Origin: Schizosaccharomyces osmophilus | Lineage: Eukaryota | Reading direction: 5' to 3' | NCBI RefSeq assembly: GCF_027921745.1 | Contig: NC_079238.1 | Location: 2,914,001-2,978,000 of the forward strand | Length of the DNA: 64,000 nucleotides | Shown here: positions 1-12,255 of the stretch, piece by piece | Numbering within the stretch: position 1 is the stretch's first letter | How the letters are laid out: every line of letters begins with the position of its first letter | Position numbers and translations under genes: made by a program | Notes under the pieces: model-generated | The model's database searches: none | What the model was told of the DNA's origin: nothing | What the model saw: the letters and a program-made list of their open reading frames with translations, nothing else

Positions 1-917
1 AAGGATTATATTTTGATGGACTTGTATTTAAGATTCAGGCTACAACCGGTTATTGGCCTGAGACACTGACTTTTAAACTGTGGTTTTTTGAAAAAGTATT
101 TCATGAGTTCCCAAATGTTCATACACTTCGGGTTTACGAAGATCGTCCTTCTCATGTAGAATATTTTTCCAGCTGGCTAGCTCATCAAGCAGATAAAGAT
201 GAAAAGTTCAATTTTGAAATCATCGCAGTCACCGAACCTCCCAAGTATCTCAAGTTTTCTACTGAGATAAAATTGGTGAAAAGCATGATAGCTTCTCACA
301 ATGCGAAGGCTCCTTCTCTTAAGCTTCCGTTGTATAAGTTTGTGAAAAATGTTACATCGTCTACCATTATCGTGTCTCCAACTGAGCTGCATCATCTTCG
401 AAACGCGTTTTTTCATGTTCCCATTACAGACATCATGCAAAGTCTCTCCGCTAATTCCAGAAGAACTTCTGTTGATAATGAACCTCGTATTGCCGAACCC
501 GACTTGCCTCCAGATACTCCATACAGTTCTTATCCTGAAAAAAGCTGGATCGTAACTGCAATAGGCCGTTATCGCGACGAGTATTGGGCAGTACGTGGGG
601 AAGTATGTGATTATCGTTTAAAGGATAAAATTCATGAACCAGACACTGCCAATATTCCCTCACTTTACGGTACGATCATGTATATTTCCATGTCTACAGG
701 CATAGTAACATCCGAAATTACTGATATTGGTGCTCAACAATGGAGGGTCCTTGATCCCAGCGAACGATGGTTGATGAAAACTTATAATAGACGAGAATGT
801 ACACATGATATCCGTTACAAGCGGCCCTATACACCGGCTCGCAACTTTACAGATCTAGTGGATTTGGAAACCCAGCGTGCTTCCCCGTTTACTGGCACTA
901 TGCATAAGCCACTATAA
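1..917 (+). CDS. 3' part of a conserved fungal HAD-like protein (Swiss-Army-Knife RNA-repair-like HAD family, SPBC4.02c-like); starts before the window
   Basis: Frame is open from base 3 (GLYFDGLVFK...FKLWFFEKVF...LRVYEDRPSH) into ORF 273..917. YEDR..H is typical of this family; syntenic position next to dni2. Confidence 0.6.
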   Translation, partial: GLYFDGLVFKIQATTGYWPETLTFKLWFFEKVFHEFPNVHTLRVYEDRPSHVEYFSSWLAHQADKDEKFNFEIIAVTEPPKYLKFSTEIKLVKSMIASHNAKAPSLKLPLYKFVKNVTSSTIIVSPTELHHLRNAFFHVPITDIMQSLSANSRRTSVDNEPRIAEPDLPPDTPYSSYPEKSWIVTAIGRYRDEYWAVRGEVCDYRLKDKIHEPDTANIPSLYGTIMYISMSTGIVTSEITDIGAQQWRVLDPSERWLMKTYNRRECTHDIRYKRPYTPARNFTDLVDLETQRASPFTGTMHKPL

Positions 918-1386
918 ATTGACAGTATATATGATTATTTTTAATTTATTATTATCCGATTATGACTCTCGGTTCTCAATTAGCCCATCCTTTAAGTTCG
1001 TTTGGGAGCGTTCTTAACTTAGTTTATGAAATGAGAAGGTTTTTTTTTTTCTTTTCTAAAAAAATTCTCTCATAGATGCGAAGTTTTCATACAATTTATC
1101 TATGTTTACTCTTTACTAAAGTTAGTTGTTCTTCGTTTTGTCAATTGTAAAGAAAAGCGTAAGCATATAATGAACATTGATCTATGATTTCATTAAGTTT
1201 TGTTAATAAAACAATTTAAAAAACACCGAGTTATGAATAAAGAAAAAAGTGTTAAAAAAAAGAAAATATTTGAGTCATATCCAAAAGTATAATCGTCAAC
1301 CAACAGAAAAGCAGAGAACATAAAAGTCATAAAAAGTCTATAAGGATTAATTCAAAAGTTTTAGAATTTAATGGTACAAAAGTCGT

Positions 1387-2085
1387 TTAAATGTTGAAAG
1401 TTTGTGCAGTTTCCTCTAGTAATTTTAGCTTGTTTCTTTCAATTGTCCATAAACCAAGGTGCAAAACAGAAAACAAAAAGAAGAAACTGCTGGATATCCA
1501 ACCAAATACGACACTAGGTATGCCGACTTTAGATACGGCCTGGTGAGTTAAGTTCAAGCCAACACTGTAAGAGTTTACAGATATATTTGCTAAACCCATT
1601 TGAAGAGCCAGCAATAAACAAGCAGATGCGCTGGTAAAGAGGCAGCAAATGGACCATTGTCGAATATTGGAGGGAAACACGTACTTCAATATAGTAAGCA
1701 CAATCGAAACGGTTCCAACAAAAACAACCATTCCTAGCAGCACGGGATGTACTTGCTGCCATGTAAAGCGCGCGGCATTGTAGGCCATACCGTTTGAAGG
1801 ACTCCAATGACGAAGTTCATGGCAAACGTTTTCCGTAGAATTGAAAGATTTATTGCAAACGCCAAAAAAGCCAACATCCACGGTGGACTTGGGAGATTGA
1901 ATTTGTAGAATTCTAGAGAAAGTAGCTGGTTTAGAAAGGCAACCACAGCAGAGGAATATGAGAAAAAGCCACGCGATCCCTAAAATTATATTGGATATTA
2001 AATTGGGACTCGGAATATAGTTGTAGACTCTAGCTACTAATCCAATCCAAGTGAATTTTGGTCTTATTCTTTGATCCTGTTTCAT
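1387..2085 (-). CDS. dni2: Claudin-like tetraspan cell-fusion protein Dni2
   Basis: Four hydrophobic segments, VGFFGVC...C claudin/Fig1-like loop motif, two Ste11 TR boxes upstream, synteny. Confidence 0.8.
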   Translation of the reverse strand: MKQDQRIRPKFTWIGLVARVYNYIPSPNLISNIILGIAWLFLIFLCCGCLSKPATFSRILQIQSPKSTVDVGFFGVCNKSFNSTENVCHELRHWSPSNGMAYNAARFTWQQVHPVLLGMVVFVGTVSIVLTILKYVFPSNIRQWSICCLFTSASACLLLALQMGLANISVNSYSVGLNLTHQAVSKVGIPSVVFGWISSSFFFLFSVLHLGLWTIERNKLKLLEETAQTFNI

Positions 2086-2227
2086 TTGTTTTAAGTTCTA
2101 AAGAAGATTTCAGCACACAGCAAATGTACAAATGATTTTTTGGTAACAATAGGTTTAATATTTCCGTGTCTGGTTTAAGAACAAAAAGAAAGTAAGTATG
2201 AAAGGACCCGTTCATGAGGATCTCCAA

Positions 2228-2289
2228 TTTATATAGTATTTGAAAACAAAGAAAAGCAAGAGGTTTCGTCATCCGACGGTTTCTTTGTT
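2228..2289 (-). promoter_or_regulatory. dni2 promoter: TATA plus two inverted Ste11 TR boxes
   Basis: AACAAAGAAA at 2245-2254 and TTTCTTTGTT at 2280-2289 are perfect TR boxes; CTATATAAA on the minus strand at 2228-2236. Confidence 0.8.
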
Positions 2290-2699
2290 TGAAGTTAGTT
2301 TGAGTTACATGGAGTAAAATGACAATATGATCTTAAGGCATAAAATAGCTTATAGTTGTATTCGTTATCACACCCTTTCGTAAGGCATGGATTAAGGAGA
2401 TTCTTGGATGCTTGAACCTATTATAATTTTATACGTCTATAAGAGACTTGTAGCTTGACTATGCTTAGTCTACTTTATAGCATCGTATATTTGTTTGCTG
2501 AATTGTTGGCAATATTGGGTTTTTTTATTTGGTACAAATTGATGCCTGGTGATAATTTCTTTTAGAAAAATGTCAGCAGTAGAAATAGAATGAATACGTT
2601 ATATTTCTTGCTTTACTGAGAATCCGATTGAGGTTTCTAGTAATTACATAATTTTCCAAGGATCTAAACTTGTAATATACTCCAATATTTATTTTACGA

Positions 2700-5600
2700 C
2701 TAGATTTCGATTTTGTAAACCTCGTATCCAACACCAAAGACGATTAAGGTTGACTTATGTGAAAACATGCCTCCCACATCAGCAACAAATGTACCACGTT
2801 CTGAATGGATTGACCATGTTCCCTCCCAATTTACCCAAACCAATATTCGTTGATCGACGGAAGCGGATAAACATAGATCTTTTCGCAGTTGGAGTACTCC
2901 TGTTACACTAGACGCATGAGCTTCTGGATAAGAAAATTTTTCAAGTTCTTCAACGTATACGATTCCTTCCTTTGCGTCGGTATTTAATTTTATTGTTATG
3001 TGACAGACGGCTCCATCGTCGCCTCCTGTAAGAAGAGAAAGGTTTCCGGTCCGATCGTTAAAATGAACATCTAAACACTTGACACAAGATTGGTGTACGC
3101 TAGCAGACCAGATGCTTTGAGGGGTTTTCTCAATGTCTTGTGAATGCAAATCCCATACTGTGATGGTCCCATCCGTAGCACTTATGACTGAAAATACATG
3201 TGTTTCGTAAACAAAAAGCTTGACAGAAACTAGACAGCAACTCTTATACTCCCAATCTTTCAGAAATCGGAAATCACGTTTTTCCTCATCGTACAGGTAT
3301 ATTCTTGAGGAAGAATCCGAAAGAATAGTCATAACTAACCAAGCTTTTTCTCCCCAAGATACTGCCTTTGTGGTAGATACATCAGTGATTCGCAAATCTC
3401 CATCCGTTTTCTTCTTTGTAAGCGTTTTTGCGCATGTAGCTTCATGTAGGATATGAGCTGTAGATGATCCTTCAATTTGCCCATGTGCTATCCTTAGCGC
3501 ATTTAGTTCTTCCAAACCTCCACTGGAAAACAAGAGTTCATCGTTAGCCCAGCAAAGCGCTTGAATCCCTGAATTGTGCACTTTCACGCTATTCAGTGCG
3601 TCTATTTGGCCTTCCTTCTCAAATTTGGATAACATGATATTTGTATCCTCTGCGCCAGATACAATTAAAGTACCCTCTGGGTTAAAACTCATCGCCCTAA
3701 TTTCTCGACCATGACCCCCTTTTCTTATAACCTTGTTAAAGTGTAGTAAGTTTCGATAAGAATCGCATACATATATTTGGTTGGATTTATAGAATGCAAA
3801 AGCCTGTTTCGTGTGGTCGATAGAAAATGACCATGGTCTGTGGGAACCGCCGCATTCTAATGTGTATACATCAGTTCCCGTAGTTTCATTCTTCAAGAAG
3901 AAATTTGATGCATGAAAACCCCAAATCCATAGGTTTTTATCATTGTCTGGAAATTTAAATTGAGTTCCCTATTATGTAAGTAAACATTTATAAAGAATGC
4001 AAAACATACCCCACTTAAAATTCCTTCAATTGCCTTTTCTGAAGCAACTTTTTGGAGTTGAAAACCTGGATTGAACTTTAACACAAACATATTTACAAAC
4101 CCGTCCCTGCCAACAGTTTTTAGACTCATACTGTTGTCCATATTACTTTCAGGTATAATGTTATATATGGTATCAAACTCGTGCAATCTTCTCCAGCAAT
4201 ACAAACAAGTTGAATGTCCCACTTTGTATATAGACAGGGAACCACTTCTAGATCCAATAAAAGCCAAATCATTGCTAATCGTGAGACAAGTTGGATCAAA
4301 AGTAGCTGGAAGATCCAACCTCAATGAAAAATTTAATTTTATAATTCCGTTTTCAATAGAAAACTGATGAAGGTAGACCTCATAGGCATTTTTTCCAATG
4401 AAGGCTTTAGAAAGAAGGTAATAGAAATCATTATCATAAGCTGCATATAAATGCTGTATTTTAGCGGTATGGACTTTTTTAGAAAAGCAATCGGAAGGGT
4501 TATCACAATTGAATATTACTAGGGATCCGGTTTTAGTTCCTAAAGCTGCTAGATATTTGTTTTCCCAAGAACATAAAGCTGTTGCTTCAGAATCCAGGGA
4601 AAACGGGGGCCTTGATTTCCAAATTTTGTTATCGAGAAGACTGATTTCTCTATAATAATGTTAGTCTGTACCTAAATTTGTAAATAACTTACCCGTTTTT
4701 GGCAAGGCATAGCAATTTGTTGGCACTTAGGAAACAAAAGGACGAAAGAGAAACATCACCTTTAAAAATGGAAGAAATGTAAAACGAATAAATATCAGTG
4801 TCGTTATTAATTTTCCACTGACGAATAGCACCATCGTTTCCTCCAGTGAAAAGTAAATCTTGTTTTTTAGATGCAGCTATAGACCATATATGCTTACCAC
4901 GATGACCCGTAAATGTTTCCGTATTATCCAATTTGACGCCGTCATATACCCATTTTCGTAAAGTTAGGTCCTCCGATATGCTAACCAAGGAAGAATTTGA
5001 TAGAAAACGGCATTTCCATACACGTGCTGTATGGCCAAATCCTGTCGCAAGTAGAGGAGCTTCTTTTTTTAAGTCCCATAATCTGACGGTTCTATCTTCG
5101 GAAACGGTACTGAGGTACTGTCCATCATCAGAGAATCGTATATCGAAGCATGCACCCTCATGTCCTTTCAAAGAACCATACGTACTAATAACGCTTGGAT
5201 GACCATTGATAGGAAAAGACCATAAATAAATTTCACCAAAAGCTGATGCAGAAGCAACAGTAATACAGTCGTCTGTCAATTGCAGAGCAGCAAAAAATAA
5301 AAGAGGACTATCTTGACATGAAATAGTAGAAGAAAGCTTCCACTTACTTAGTAAATAAGAATATATTAAAACTTCATTTTTCGATGTTACAACAGCATAT
5401 TCACTTTCAGTATTTAACTCAACCGCGTTGAAAATCCAGTCTGGGGTGCGTGTCCAAAATATTTCCCAAGTATTCCAGACTACCATCCCTAAATTGTAAC
5501 CACCCCAGATGAGTAACCCATCTCGACATGCCAGCATGCCGTGAACTCGATTTCGAAAAGGTATTTTCAGTGTCTTCCAGCAAGTGTTTGCATCTTTCTC

Positions 5601-5744
5601 TAAATCTAAGCAGTAGATTCGTAAAAATGATCCTTGAGCGGCACAAAGATACTTGTCATCGTCAAAAAGAATCAAGCTTGTTACGGGCCCTAAGAAGTTC
5701 ACTGAATTCAAACAAATTTGCAAACCCGCATTTGAGGTTGACAT
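2700..5744 (-). CDS. trm734: WD40-repeat protein Trm734/Rtt10 (WDR6 family), 3 exons
   Basis: WD40 repeats in ORFs 4689..5744, 3893..4324 and 2700..3896 (GHEGACF, GHTARVW, GHRGKHIW, GHGREIR). Joined by introns 4650-4692 (GTAAGT..CTAAC..TAG) and 3969-4009 (GTATGT..TAG). Confidence 0.85.
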
Positions 5745-6228
5745 CGTATAATAAAACCAAAAGAAAAAAATAAAAAAAGATAAAGTACAAGATAGTATAA
5801 ATATGGGATAAGGCAGAGGATTTCAAAAAATAAAAGAGTGTACACAAACCAAAAAAAGTATCGTTTCCCTAATTCTCCCAGTATTGTTTGATCGAAATTA
5901 CAAGTAAATGAAAAAATAATTTATCAAAGCATATCCAAAATGGTACTGACGATCCAAAAGTCAAGTTTAGTAAACGTTCAGTATTGTTGTAGTCCGTAAC
6001 TGGAAATTCGTTTACGGTTTCCAGCTGCAATCGATTCCAGCAAGCAAGGTTTCGCAGTTTTGTTTTTTCAATAAAACAATGTTGAGCTTTTTGCAACACG
6101 TTTCAGTTTCATAAGACCTTCCATTTTGTCATCCATCATTACAATTTTCTGACAGTGTTAATATTTCTTGCAATATAATAAGCAAGAAACCACCGAAAGA
6201 GACGGCACAGACTTGTGGAAACACTACC

Positions 6229-6229
<1 letters not shown>

Positions 6230-6270
<41 letters not shown>
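6230..6270. repeat. Poly(dA) tract of about 41 nt
   Basis: Uninterrupted A run in the divergent trm734/mef1 intergenic region. Confidence 0.95.
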
Positions 6271-6273
<3 letters not shown>

Positions 6274-6800
6274 GCGTCCTTCTTTAAAGTCTTCTTATTC
6301 TTCATAATGTTGGATCAATTCACTCAAAGCGCAAACTTCCCTGTTTGCCTTTTAGAAATTTCAATTTTTGGGTAAATATCGACATTATTAACAGCTACTC
6401 TTCGTTATAAGCGAGCCTTCCGGGAGACAGAGAGTTATGGAGGAAGAGAAAGAAACCAAGAAACACATCAGAAAATTGTAATTTCTTTATAATTAACTAA
6501 AGAACTTTTTTAAGCGCTTCACTGGATGAATTACAGTGCATTTTGACAGTAAAATGGAAATAATCAAGACTTCCTTGTTTACATAGTATTTCTTTCTTTC
6601 CTTATTCATAATAATTAATAAAAAGAGTTAATTTTACCGATTGTGATTAAAGCCAATACTTTCGAGGCCTTTTCATCCATGTCGCGAAATCCAGCTACAC
6701 AAATTATCCTTCCACCAAAACTCCCCTCTTTTCTCAAGTCAAGCAGGACAAAAAGAAATCTCTCTTTAACATAATTTTGCATTTTATGAATTGAATAAAA

Positions 6801-9101
6801 ATGTTGAAGCTCCCAATTAGGCAGCTAGCAACGCGTTTCCCGCAAACTTGTAGAAACATTTTGGGATGTCGCTTTGCTACGACGGATACCGCCAAACCAG
6901 AAGAGTCGGAAGCATCTGTTCAAAGCCAGCTCAGCGAAAATGATATGAAAAGGTTAAACCACATTCGTAACATTGGTATTTCTGCTCATATAGACTCAGG
7001 AAAAACTACGTTTACTGAACGCGTTTTGTTTTATACTGGACGAATTAAAGATATTCACGAGGTCCGTGGTAAAGACAACGTTGGTGCTAAGATGGATTCA
7101 ATGGAATTGGAACGTGAAAAAGGTATTACTATTCAATCCGCCGCTACTTACTGTACTTGGAGTCGTACCCTCGACCAAATTCAAAGTGAAAAGCAACAAG
7201 GAAATCAAACTCCCCAAGAATATAGCGTAAACATTATCGATACTCCAGGCCATATTGATTTTACTATTGAAGTAGAGCGTGCTTTGCGTGTTTTGGATGG
7301 TGCTGTCCTCGTTCTCTGTGCTGTTTCTGGTGTTCAATCCCAAACAATTACTGTGGATCGACAAATGAGAAGATACAACGTTCCTCGTGTTTCTTTCATT
7401 AACAAAATGGACCGAATGGGTGCAGATCCTTGGAAGGTAATTCAACAAATCAATACAAAGTTGAAGATCCCCGCTGCTGCAGTACAAATCCCTATCGGAA
7501 GTGAAAGTGAAATGAAAGGTGTTGTTGATCTCATTCACATGCGCGCTATCTACAATCATGGTGAAAAAGGTGAAAAGGTTGAATTTGCTGATACTATACC
7601 CGAGAACTTGCAAGGGCTTGCCCAAGAGAAACGTTCTGTTTTGATTGAAAAGTTGGCTGACTTGGATGAACACATCGCAGACATGTATGTAATGGAAGAA
7701 ACACCATCTTCAGAGCAATTGGTGCAAGCGATTAGAAGAACAACCCTTGCTCGTAAGTTTACTCCTGTCTTGATGGGATCTGCTTTGTCAAACATTGGCG
7801 TTCAACCAGTTTTGGATGCTGTCTGTGATTACTTGCCTGCGCCCTACGAAGTAGAAAATGTTGCATTGAATGCAGCTGAAGCCGAAAAGCCTGTTACCCT
7901 GATCCCAAGCAGCACAAAGCCACTCGTTGCACTCGCATTCAAGCTAGAAGAGGGCCGCTTTGGTCAATTGACTTATTTACGTGTTTATCAAGGTTCCTTG
8001 AAGCGTGGTGGTTACTTGTACAATGTAAACTCAACTAAAAGAATTAAAGTCTCTCGTTTAGTCCGCATGCACTCAAATGATATGGAAGAAGTTGAAGAAA
8101 CTGGAGCCGGTGGTATTGGTGCCATGTTTGGCATTGAATGTGCCTCAGGAGATACCTTTACTGATGGTTCCGTTCATTATACTATGTCTTCCATGTTTGT
8201 TCCTGAACCAGTTATTTCGTTGTCTCTAAAGCCAAAAAGTAAAGACACTTCAAACTTTTCAAAAGCTTTGAATCGTTTTCAACGTGAAGACCCAACGTTT
8301 AGGGTTAAACTTGATGCAGAGTCGAAAGAAACAATTATTAGTGGAATGGGAGAACTCCATCTAGAAGTATACGTTGAGAGAATGCGCCGTGAATATAGGG
8401 TAGAATGCGATACAGGAAAACCACGTGTCGCCTTCCGTGAAAGTTTGACCAAAAAGGTACCTTTCAGTTATTTGCACAAAAAGCAATCTGGTGGTGCAGG
8501 CCAATATGCTAAAGTGGAAGGGTATATTGAATACATGGATGCAAAGGAAGATGATGCTGGTAATGTGGTTGATTTTGAATTTATCAACAAAGTCACTGGT
8601 GGTGCTGTCCCCTCTCAATATATTCCAGCTTGCGAGAAGGCATTCCGCGAAAGTCTTGAAAAGGGATTCTTGATTGGGCATCCCATAAAGAATTGCCGAT
8701 TTGTTTTGGAAGACGGTGCATACCATCCAGTGGATTCTTCCGAGCTTGCTTTCCGTATGGCAACCATAACTGCATTCCGTGGTGCATTCTTACAAGCCGA
8801 TCCAATTATTCTGGAGCCCATTATGAATGTCAGTATCACTGCTCCTGTTGAACACCAAGGAGCTGTTATTGGCAATGTCGATAAGAGAAAAGGAACCATT
8901 GTTGACAGTGATATTGGAGAAGAGGAATTCAGTTTGTTGGCTGAAGTCCCCTTGAACAACATGTTTTCTTATTCCTCTGATATTCGTGCATTGACTAAAG
9001 GAAAGGGTGAGTTTACTATGGAATTCATGAAATATTTGCCCGCACCAAGATATGTCCAAAAAGACCTGATTACCGAATACAACAAACAACAACAAAAATA
9101 A
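6801..9101 (+). CDS. mef1: Mitochondrial translation elongation factor G1
   Basis: [44 protein letters not shown]; Arg-rich N-terminal presequence. Confidence 0.97.
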   Translation: MLKLPIRQLATRFPQTCRNILGCRFATTDTAKPEESEASVQSQLSENDMKRLNHIRNIGISAHIDSGKTTFTERVLFYTGRIKDIHEVRGKDNVGAKMDSMELEREKGITIQSAATYCTWSRTLDQIQSEKQQGNQTPQEYSVNIIDTPGHIDFTIEVERALRVLDGAVLVLCAVSGVQSQTITVDRQMRRYNVPRVSFINKMDRMGADPWKVIQQINTKLKIPAAAVQIPIGSESEMKGVVDLIHMRAIYNHGEKGEKVEFADTIPENLQGLAQEKRSVLIEKLADLDEHIADMYVMEETPSSEQLVQAIRRTTLARKFTPVLMGSALSNIGVQPVLDAVCDYLPAPYEVENVALNAAEAEKPVTLIPSSTKPLVALAFKLEEGRFGQLTYLRVYQGSLKRGGYLYNVNSTKRIKVSRLVRMHSNDMEEVEETGAGGIGAMFGIECASGDTFTDGSVHYTMSSMFVPEPVISLSLKPKSKDTSNFSKALNRFQREDPTFRVKLDAESKETIISGMGELHLEVYVERMRREYRVECDTGKPRVAFRESLTKKVPFSYLHKKQSGGAGQYAKVEGYIEYMDAKEDDAGNVVDFEFINKVTGGAVPSQYIPACEKAFRESLEKGFLIGHPIKNCRFVLEDGAYHPVDSSELAFRMATITAFRGAFLQADPIILEPIMNVSITAPVEHQGAVIGNVDKRKGTIVDSDIGEEEFSLLAEVPLNNMFSYSSDIRALTKGKGEFTMEFMKYLPAPRYVQKDLITEYNKQQQK

Positions 9102-9613
9102 TTTGAAATTTTGCAATTAATATTGAAATTTTTGTCCTGTCTAGAAAAAAAAAAAAAAAGAAGCTTTATGAAATTTCATGGGCTTTGATCATTGCATACC
9201 ATAATTAATATAGTTTCATTCTTCACCTAATAATTGATCTTGTCTGTTGTGAATAATATTAATTTTGGCTGAAATAAAAATTAACTTTCATTAAAGATTT
9301 AAAAGGAAAAGATTCGTCTATATACAATTTTCTTTAATTGGACCAAAGTGTGGAATGCAAAGGATGAGGAAGGCTAAGAAAAAAGTAGGAAAGGTTGAAA
9401 GAGAGAGACATGACAGGTAGGTTGAGTCGGTGGTATATGCATAATTTTACTAGACGTTCATAGCGATGAATCCATTCGCTGAACAAATATGGACCAAGTG
9501 AACGTTGCCAAAAACCACAAAGGAGGAAAGAAAAGAGCATAATAAACCGTAGACGGGGAAAATCAAGAAATAGATATGGACTTTTGGTGTTTAGGACCGT
9601 CGATAGAAAACGC

Positions 9614-10192
9614 TTAAAAGACACCCAAATCTTTTTGGGCTTCTAAGCGCCGTTCATTCTCAGCGTCTTCATAAAGTTGCTTCTCGCCAGACCAGCGATT
9701 GGAGATTTGTTCCGAATCATTAGGAATTTCCTCGATTTGCTCAATAATTTTTTCGTTTTCAATGATTTCATTGCAACTTTGAAAAATAAATTGGTTCCAA
9801 CCAGGCTGTAAAGAATTGGCAGTCTTTGCAATATCCATCAATTCCAGTTCAGTTTCTTTTTCTAACCGGCTAAATTTACGAACCAGGTCATCGCCAACAC
9901 CACCTCGATTCAGCAAAACGTTGAGAGCCATTCTAGACGATTTTAGTCTCATTAACTGGCGCAGAGCTTCCGTAGCGCGCAAGACTAATCCTGCTTTTAT
10001 GATGGTGTCTGGGACCGGAGGATTTTGCTCCAAAAGCTGGAAGAAGTAGCTTCTTACAAAATTTTTTCCAAACCACTCTTCTGAAACAAATTCGTTTGGT
10101 ATGGTTCTTGATTTTCGAACAAACACAGAAACACCGTACATGGCGCCAATCAGCACCGCAACATATATTAATGGAGCATATATAGAGATCAT
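9614..10192 (-). CDS. sec66: Sec62/63 translocon subunit Sec66
   Basis: N-terminal TM, WF..N, KAGLVLRATE, GGVGDDL, PGWNQFIF motifs. Confidence 0.9.
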   Translation of the reverse strand: MISIYAPLIYVAVLIGAMYGVSVFVRKSRTIPNEFVSEEWFGKNFVRSYFFQLLEQNPPVPDTIIKAGLVLRATEALRQLMRLKSSRMALNVLLNRGGVGDDLVRKFSRLEKETELELMDIAKTANSLQPGWNQFIFQSCNEIIENEKIIEQIEEIPNDSEQISNRWSGEKQLYEDAENERRLEAQKDLGVF

Positions 10193-10794
10193 TTTCCTGT
10201 AACTTGATACCCAAATATTACCTAGTATTCCATACGAAACTTTGACTTTGTTCGCAATGGATCTTGCAAAGGAGTAAGTCTTACTTGGAAGAGAGATGCG
10301 GATTCTGCATCCAACAAATGCAGTAAATAAAATAACGGCGTGGAATGAGTCGAAATCAAACTACACTAGTAAACAAGAGGTTCGTAAGGGAAACCCAAAG
10401 ACCCGAAGAAAAAAAGAAAGCTAATTATGCAGTCCCAGGTATTTTAAAACTTGTTCGTTTCCATCACTTCGAAACGAACATGATGATATCGACGTTGCAC
10501 AACAGTCAGCTCTCTTCAACCGTTTCAAATTTTCAAGAGACGGACTGAATCAAAAGAAAGAGAAAGATGAAAGGAAACCTAAAATTGCTTTATAAATTGC
10601 ATTGAAAGACATTAGTAGAAGGATCTGTTAAGCAATATGTCATCTACGTATTTAGCAGGTATGATGTTACGAAATGCACATAGGTATGAATACGCAGTGG
10701 ACTATAAGGAGAAATCGAGCATTGAAACGCTGGAATGGACTTGACCTAAACCACAAATTTAGAGAAAGGCAAGTTTAAGAAAAGTCAAATCCTC

Positions 10795-11776
10795 ATGAAA
10801 AAACCCGCATTTCTCCGTTTTGTTACCGTTGAAGGGTTGAAAAACCTTTCTAGGCTCGGTGTTTTGATGAGTACATCGTTTTGCTTGGCCTTGTTGTTTG
10901 TCAGTGTAAGTAGCTTTTATTTTATTTTGTTTGATTTGTAAAAAACATACAGGATGATTGAAGAAGCACGGGTGGAAACCCTCGAAAACGTGCTTGAAAC
11001 AGGAATAATCAGTTGTGCTTTTCATTTTAAACCACTCATTGAACATAAAGTGGTGCTTGATTCACGAAATCATTAAAAACGAAAAAAGAAGAAATGATCA
11101 AATAGCATTACCTTGGAAACGACGAGCAGAACTGAATGGAAAGCACAATTGGTCGCTCCTACTTTATGTCCTTCCTTCAATTGTTATAAGCATTGTTGGA
11201 TTTTGTAATTCGTAAATATAAAACTAACTGGTATAGAGTATTGTGGATTACAACACCTTGTGGAATCCAGGACCGGAATCTGCATTTACTGCAGCTGAAA
11301 CTTACTACACGTTGCTAGCGAATGCGAGTGCTTACCATAGATACTTTTTCTACTTTGTTGTCAGTTCAGGAATGATCTTCCATATTATTCAAGCCAACAA
11401 AGTAACGGGTGATGACCGCTTGTATTATTATTCCAGTACTTTTTTGTATATAACTGCGTCTGTGATATTTATCGTCAATGTTTCTCCTGCTATCATTACT
11501 GCAAAATTACGTCGATACATTCAATTCGACAGGAACATGCATTTTATGGTTCTTGGTGCCTCTCAAGTCTTGATTGGTTTTCTTTTGGTCGGTGTCCTTC
11601 TTCTCCAGCTTGGACATCTATTTGCTCTTTATGTAACCGATATCTTTCAACGCGAGGATACCGAGAAACAATCTAATGAAGCGGCCGAGCAGGAAATTTC
11701 TGCTACTGACAAAGAATACACTTCCAAAGTCACCTCCAAGTATTCCAGTCAAGTACAGAACAAAAAGGAAAACTAG
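10795..11776 (+). CDS. psh3: ER membrane chaperone for amino-acid permeases Psh3 (Shr3 family), 2 exons
   Basis: Exon 1 10795-10905 (MKKPAFLRF...GVLMSTSFCLALLFVS). Intron 10906-11236 (GTAAGT..CTAAC..TAG). Exon 2 SIVDYNTLW...AETYY with further TMs; DYxTLW is the Shr3 motif. Confidence 0.9.
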
Positions 11777-12255
11777 CTTCAAAAGAGGCTGTTGGACTAT
11801 TTTTTTGTTATAATAATCTCCATTTTTGTTTTATTTAGTTTGCTGTCTATGGTTTTTTCTTTAGAATAAATGAATCTACCAAATCACAATTCACAATATT
11901 TCTGTTCATTCTGTCATTTCTTTCCCTGATCCCATAATCTCGTAATAGTTACGGACTTTCTTTTAATCTATCTGTATTTAATAGTGATTGTCAGTTACTC
12001 TTTTACTTTTACTTTTTGAAATTCCATTTTCTTTATTCACTACTTCTTCATTCATTCTAGGTAACATATCGTTGTTACTCCAGCCGAAGAGACATATCTA
12101 GTTCTTGCAAGATCGTGTTTCTTCCGAATTGATTTTGGTATAGAAATAACCGTAATATTTTGACTTAATTTACAATCCGTTTGCCAGCTTTTACATACAA
12201 AACGTCTCTAGTATCAGAGCGTTTTTGGAATTAGAACCCTTCAAGTCGTTACAAC

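Noticed and set aside
7098..9116. Long antisense ORFs within mef1 (also within mtx1, wis1, skp1, cft1)
   Set aside because: Shadow frames of biased coding sequence; no independent evidence.
11015..11215. 66-aa ORF that could be psh3 exon 1
   Set aside because: It would need a 25-nt intron, has no ATG and gives the wrong phase. The true exon 1 is 10795-10905, so this ORF is intronic.
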